DNA of 64,000 nt from Patescibacteria group bacterium (lineage in GTDB: Bacteria > Patescibacteriota > Microgenomatia > 0-14-0-10-38-17), in NCBI GenBank assembly GCA_050953885.1, contig JBMNNJ010000001.1, positions 463,437 through 527,436 of the forward strand, in the 5' to 3' direction. The first letter of the stretch is position 1. Each line of letters starts with the position of its first letter. The position numbers were made by a program, and so were the translations under genes. The notes under the pieces were generated by a model, which saw only the letters and a program-made list of their open reading frames with translations, was not told where the DNA came from and ran no database searches. This document shows, piece after piece, positions 61,291-64,000 of this stretch.

Positions 61291-63000
61291 ACTTTTGAAT
61301 TTTTTCTCTATCTCCCCTTCAAAAAACGGCCGGCCATCATCTTTTAAAATCTGCTGGTCAACTTCAATTCCTGTTTCCATTTTAATCAATTTCGCCAACT
61401 GACCGGTGCTATTGTTTTCCACGCTAATAACTTTTTCTGCCGCCAATAAAATTTTCTTTGCCTCTTGGGGAAACGGCCAAGGACGGTAAAAATGCAGAAA
61501 ATTAACCGCCAAACCCTGATCGGCCAAGTTCTCTTGGGCTTTTAAAACCGCTGCCTTCGTTGAGCCAAAAGAAACCAAGGTGATTTTAGCTTTTTTGGGG
61601 CCATAAAGAGCGCTGCCGGGAGAAGAAAAATGAGCCAACTTTTTTAACAACTTTTCTTTCATCTTTACTCTTGTTTGGCCATCTTCAACAGAAAATCCTT
61701 CCTCATCATGAACATAAGAATTGGTTAAAAATTGGGCCTGCCCGGGAAAAGCCCGCAAGGAAATGCCGTCTTTGGTCAACCGATAGCGCCGGTAATTTTT
61801 TAAATCCGCCGGCTGGGCTAATTTTCCCCGTTTAATTTTTAAACCCCAAGTTTGAGCGGAAAAAAAATCGCTTGAAAAAACGCTTTCGCTTAAGTATTTA
61901 TCGGTTAAAACCACCACCGGCAATTGGTAAATTTCCGCCAAGTTAAAAGCTTCAAAAGTAAAACGATAAGCCTCGGCTGGATCGCCCGGAGAGAAAATAA
62001 TCCGGGGAAATTCCCCCTGACCGGCGTGGATTAAAAACAGCAAATCCTCCTGCGAGGTCCAGGTGGCCATGCCGGTGGAGGGACCGGTCCGCATCCCCTC
62101 CACCACCACCAAGGGAATCTCCGCCGCCCCGGCCATGCCAAAAGCCTCAACCATCAGAGAAAACCCACCGCCAGAGGTGGCCGCCATTGCCCGCCGACCG
62201 GCATAGGAAGCACCAAGAGCGGCGTTTATCCCGGCAATCTCGTCCTCGGGAGTAAAAACCACCATTCCTGTTTCTTTTTTCTTTCCCGCCAAAATTGTCA
62301 AAATAGAATTAATCGGCGTCATCGGATAAATGGCGGCAAAACCTACTCCCGCCTCAAGCGCGCCCTGACTAATTGCCTCATTGCCGGTTAAAAATAACCG
62401 TTTTTTTTCTCCCGCCGGTGGCTGGGGGATATTTTCTCCTCGCCAGTTAATTTTTTGGGCCAGCCGGTAACCTGCCTCGGCCGCCTTTTGGTTGCCCGCC
62501 ACCACTTTCTCGCCCTTGTCGGCAAACGCATTTTTAAGGCTTTCTTTTAAGGCCAAAAGAGGAAAATTAAGGAGACCAAAAACCACCCCCGAAGCCACCG
62601 AGTTGCGGGCCAAGAAAAAGCCGGCGGTTTTTTGGGCAATTTCGTCTAAGGGGATTCCCACCGCTTCACGGTATTGAAGTGGTTTTTTTTCTACTTCATT
62701 ATATAAGAGTAGGCCGTTTTCTTTTTTCTCGTTAAGGTGCAAAGGGAAATTTTCCGGTGAAAAAATCACCAAAAGATCGTTTTTTGCCTCAGGAAGCGGC
62801 ATTGATAACGAAGAAAAAGAAATCTGGCTCACATTATCACCACCCCGGATACGAGAAGGATATTCCGGATAAGAAAGAACCGAAAATCCTAAACTGCTTA
62901 ACGCTTCTCCCAACACCCGCCCTCCTTCCATAATACCAAAACCAGCTGGACCAGAAAATTTAACCGAAAACATCTTTTTAAATTTAAAAATTAGCGCCAA
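61288..63000 (-). CDS. 2-oxoacid:ferredoxin oxidoreductase, alpha subunit, with a fused N-terminal gamma-like domain
   Basis: The motifs are GYPITP-like YPMTPIN and core domains I/II. The gene is adjacent to the beta subunit. Confidence 0.8.
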   Translation of the reverse strand: MALIFKFKKMFSVKFSGPAGFGIMEGGRVLGEALSSLGFSVLSYPEYPSRIRGGDNVSQISFSSLSMPLPEAKNDLLVIFSPENFPLHLNEKKENGLLLYNEVEKKPLQYREAVGIPLDEIAQKTAGFFLARNSVASGVVFGLLNFPLLALKESLKNAFADKGEKVVAGNQKAAEAGYRLAQKINWRGENIPQPPAGEKKRLFLTGNEAISQGALEAGVGFAAIYPMTPINSILTILAGKKKETGMVVFTPEDEIAGINAALGASYAGRRAMAATSGGGFSLMVEAFGMAGAAEIPLVVVEGMRTGPSTGMATWTSQEDLLFLIHAGQGEFPRIIFSPGDPAEAYRFTFEAFNLAEIYQLPVVVLTDKYLSESVFSSDFFSAQTWGLKIKRGKLAQPADLKNYRRYRLTKDGISLRAFPGQAQFLTNSYVHDEEGFSVEDGQTRVKMKEKLLKKLAHFSSPGSALYGPKKAKITLVSFGSTKAAVLKAQENLADQGLAVNFLHFYRPWPFPQEAKKILLAAEKVISVENNSTGQLAKLIKMETGIEVDQQILKDDGRPFFEGEIEKKFKS

Positions 63001-63305
63001 AATTCAGGGATAGATATTGGCGCCTGCGGCAAAAGTTTTTGCAATAAGGCGATAATATCCAAACCAATTTCCTGAAGCAAAGGCAAAGAGGCAGGCACAA
63101 AAATTATCAAAAGAATCAGCCAAATAAAGCTTTTTTTCACCAACTCAATAAGCGATTTTAAAAGAAAAATAAAAACAACCAGAGAAATAATTCCCCCCAT
63201 CCAATCGGGGAAAACCGTCAAAAACTGCTGCCAAAGAGAATAAAGCTGGTCGAGAAAAAAGTTAAGAGACACGATAAAAAATTCAAAGATAATAAATAAA
63301 CTCAA
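62991..63305 (-). CDS. Small membrane protein (hypothetical)
   Basis: It has three hydrophobic helices. Confidence 0.3.
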   Translation of the reverse strand: MSLFIIFEFFIVSLNFFLDQLYSLWQQFLTVFPDWMGGIISLVVFIFLLKSLIELVKKSFIWLILLIIFVPASLPLLQEIGLDIIALLQKLLPQAPISIPEFWR

Positions 63306-63440
63306 ATGTTAAATCGCAAAACTCAAAACTACATGTTAAAACTCAAATCTAAAAAATAACTTTAAGTTTTAAAAAGTTTTAACATTTAACATGTAGATTT
63401 GACATTTGCGTTTTGAGATTTGCGATTTAAGCTTGCCATT
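63290..63440. repeat. Type-2 word hairpin
   Basis: The sequence is aaactcaaatgttaaatcgcaaaactcaaaactacatgttaaaactc...gttttaacatttaacatgtagatttgacatttgcgttttgag. Confidence 0.7.
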
Positions 63441-63633
63441 TTCCATTTGCTTATCTATTATTTTCATTATATTATATTATCATAAACATATCTTAAGGTG
63501 TTTGGCCATTGCCTTTTAAGGTGAGAAGGCCAACCCCAAACAGGGAAGACCCCGCTTTGGCGGGGAACGGTGCCGCCGCGGTGAAAGTCCGAAGACCTAC
63601 CTTAAGAAAGCTGTCCCGGTCAGGACAAAATTA

Positions 63634-64000
63634 TGAACAAAGAAGCGCTTGCGTGCGATCCTGCTCGTTGGCAACGCCAAACTATCCCTTCCCAAATCGA
63701 AGCGGACCTTGCTTTTTATGGTTTAGAACATGGCCGCTCACCCGAATATTTAGGCTCCGAAGGGGTTTTTATTATTGGTTATTACTACCGTCTTTACCCC
63801 GAGAAAAACGCTATCCATTCCTTTAACCCCCAGAAAGAAGAAGAACTTAAAAAAGATGTTCGCGACATGTTTAATACCGAAACGCTTCGCGGCCAACAGG
63901 AAAAAGAAGGCTTTGAAAAACTCACTCAGCTTTTTTTTAAAGCAAACCCGGGCGATTCTTTTGTTTGGCTAAGCCCGGCCGAAAAAAATCTTTATCCTTA
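63634..64000 (+). CDS. Hypothetical protein, 3'-truncated by the window edge
   Basis: The ATG at 63634 opens a frame that runs off the end of the window. No motif was recognised. Confidence 0.35.

Overview
This 64 kb window looks like a segment of a small, CPR/Patescibacteria-like bacterial chromosome. The evidence for that placement is an ATP-dependent DNA ligase, a short 4-domain S1 protein, a 23S rRNA interrupted by two LAGLIDADG-encoding introns, a minimal glycolysis/pentose-phosphate gene set, and pilus and cell-wall genes. There are about 50 protein genes, almost all on the minus strand. One complete rRNA operon lies on the minus strand in the order 16S, tRNA-Ile(GAT), tRNA-Ala(TGC), 23S, 5S. 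There is also a tRNA-Leu(CAA)/tRNA-Ala(CGC) pair. Recognisable proteins include Rho, RadA, S1, an LCP protein, a SpoU methyltransferase, ferredoxin, an SDR, Mpg, Pth, a Fic protein, two PBP1A paralogs, GalT, a class A beta-lactamase-like protein, a PfkB kinase, a class I aldolase, split transketolase, a LOG protein, Rpe, GapA, Pgk, RpiB, TpiA, thioredoxin, a GalU-like protein, ThpR, a ThiI-like protein and the two 2-oxoacid:ferredoxin oxidoreductase subunits. The most unusual property is the non-coding DNA. Nearly every intergenic gap is filled by composite, hairpin-forming repeats assembled from a small vocabulary of 6-8 nt words in at least six module families. The same repeats also occur at four places inside the rRNA genes, in the inter-tRNA spacer, and at three in-frame sites plus the C-terminal tail of one CDS. 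Polar, 10-bp-phased 'acgaa' linker arrays abut gene ends: on the sense strand the pattern is tttcgtttctcattcgtgtc before the start and gacacgaattaacacgaatgggaaacgaaa after the stop. Notable details include a 60-bp perfect inverted repeat bracketing rho, six copies of a roughly 95-nt dyad element with compensatory stem changes and a hypervariable 8-nt core, a 101-bp tandem duplication, and a PD-(D/E)XK-type GxxExxY gene nested between inverted linker arrays. No CRISPR array, transposase, integrase or reverse transcriptase is recognisable. All calls rest on reading the sequence and the ORF translations; no database search was run.
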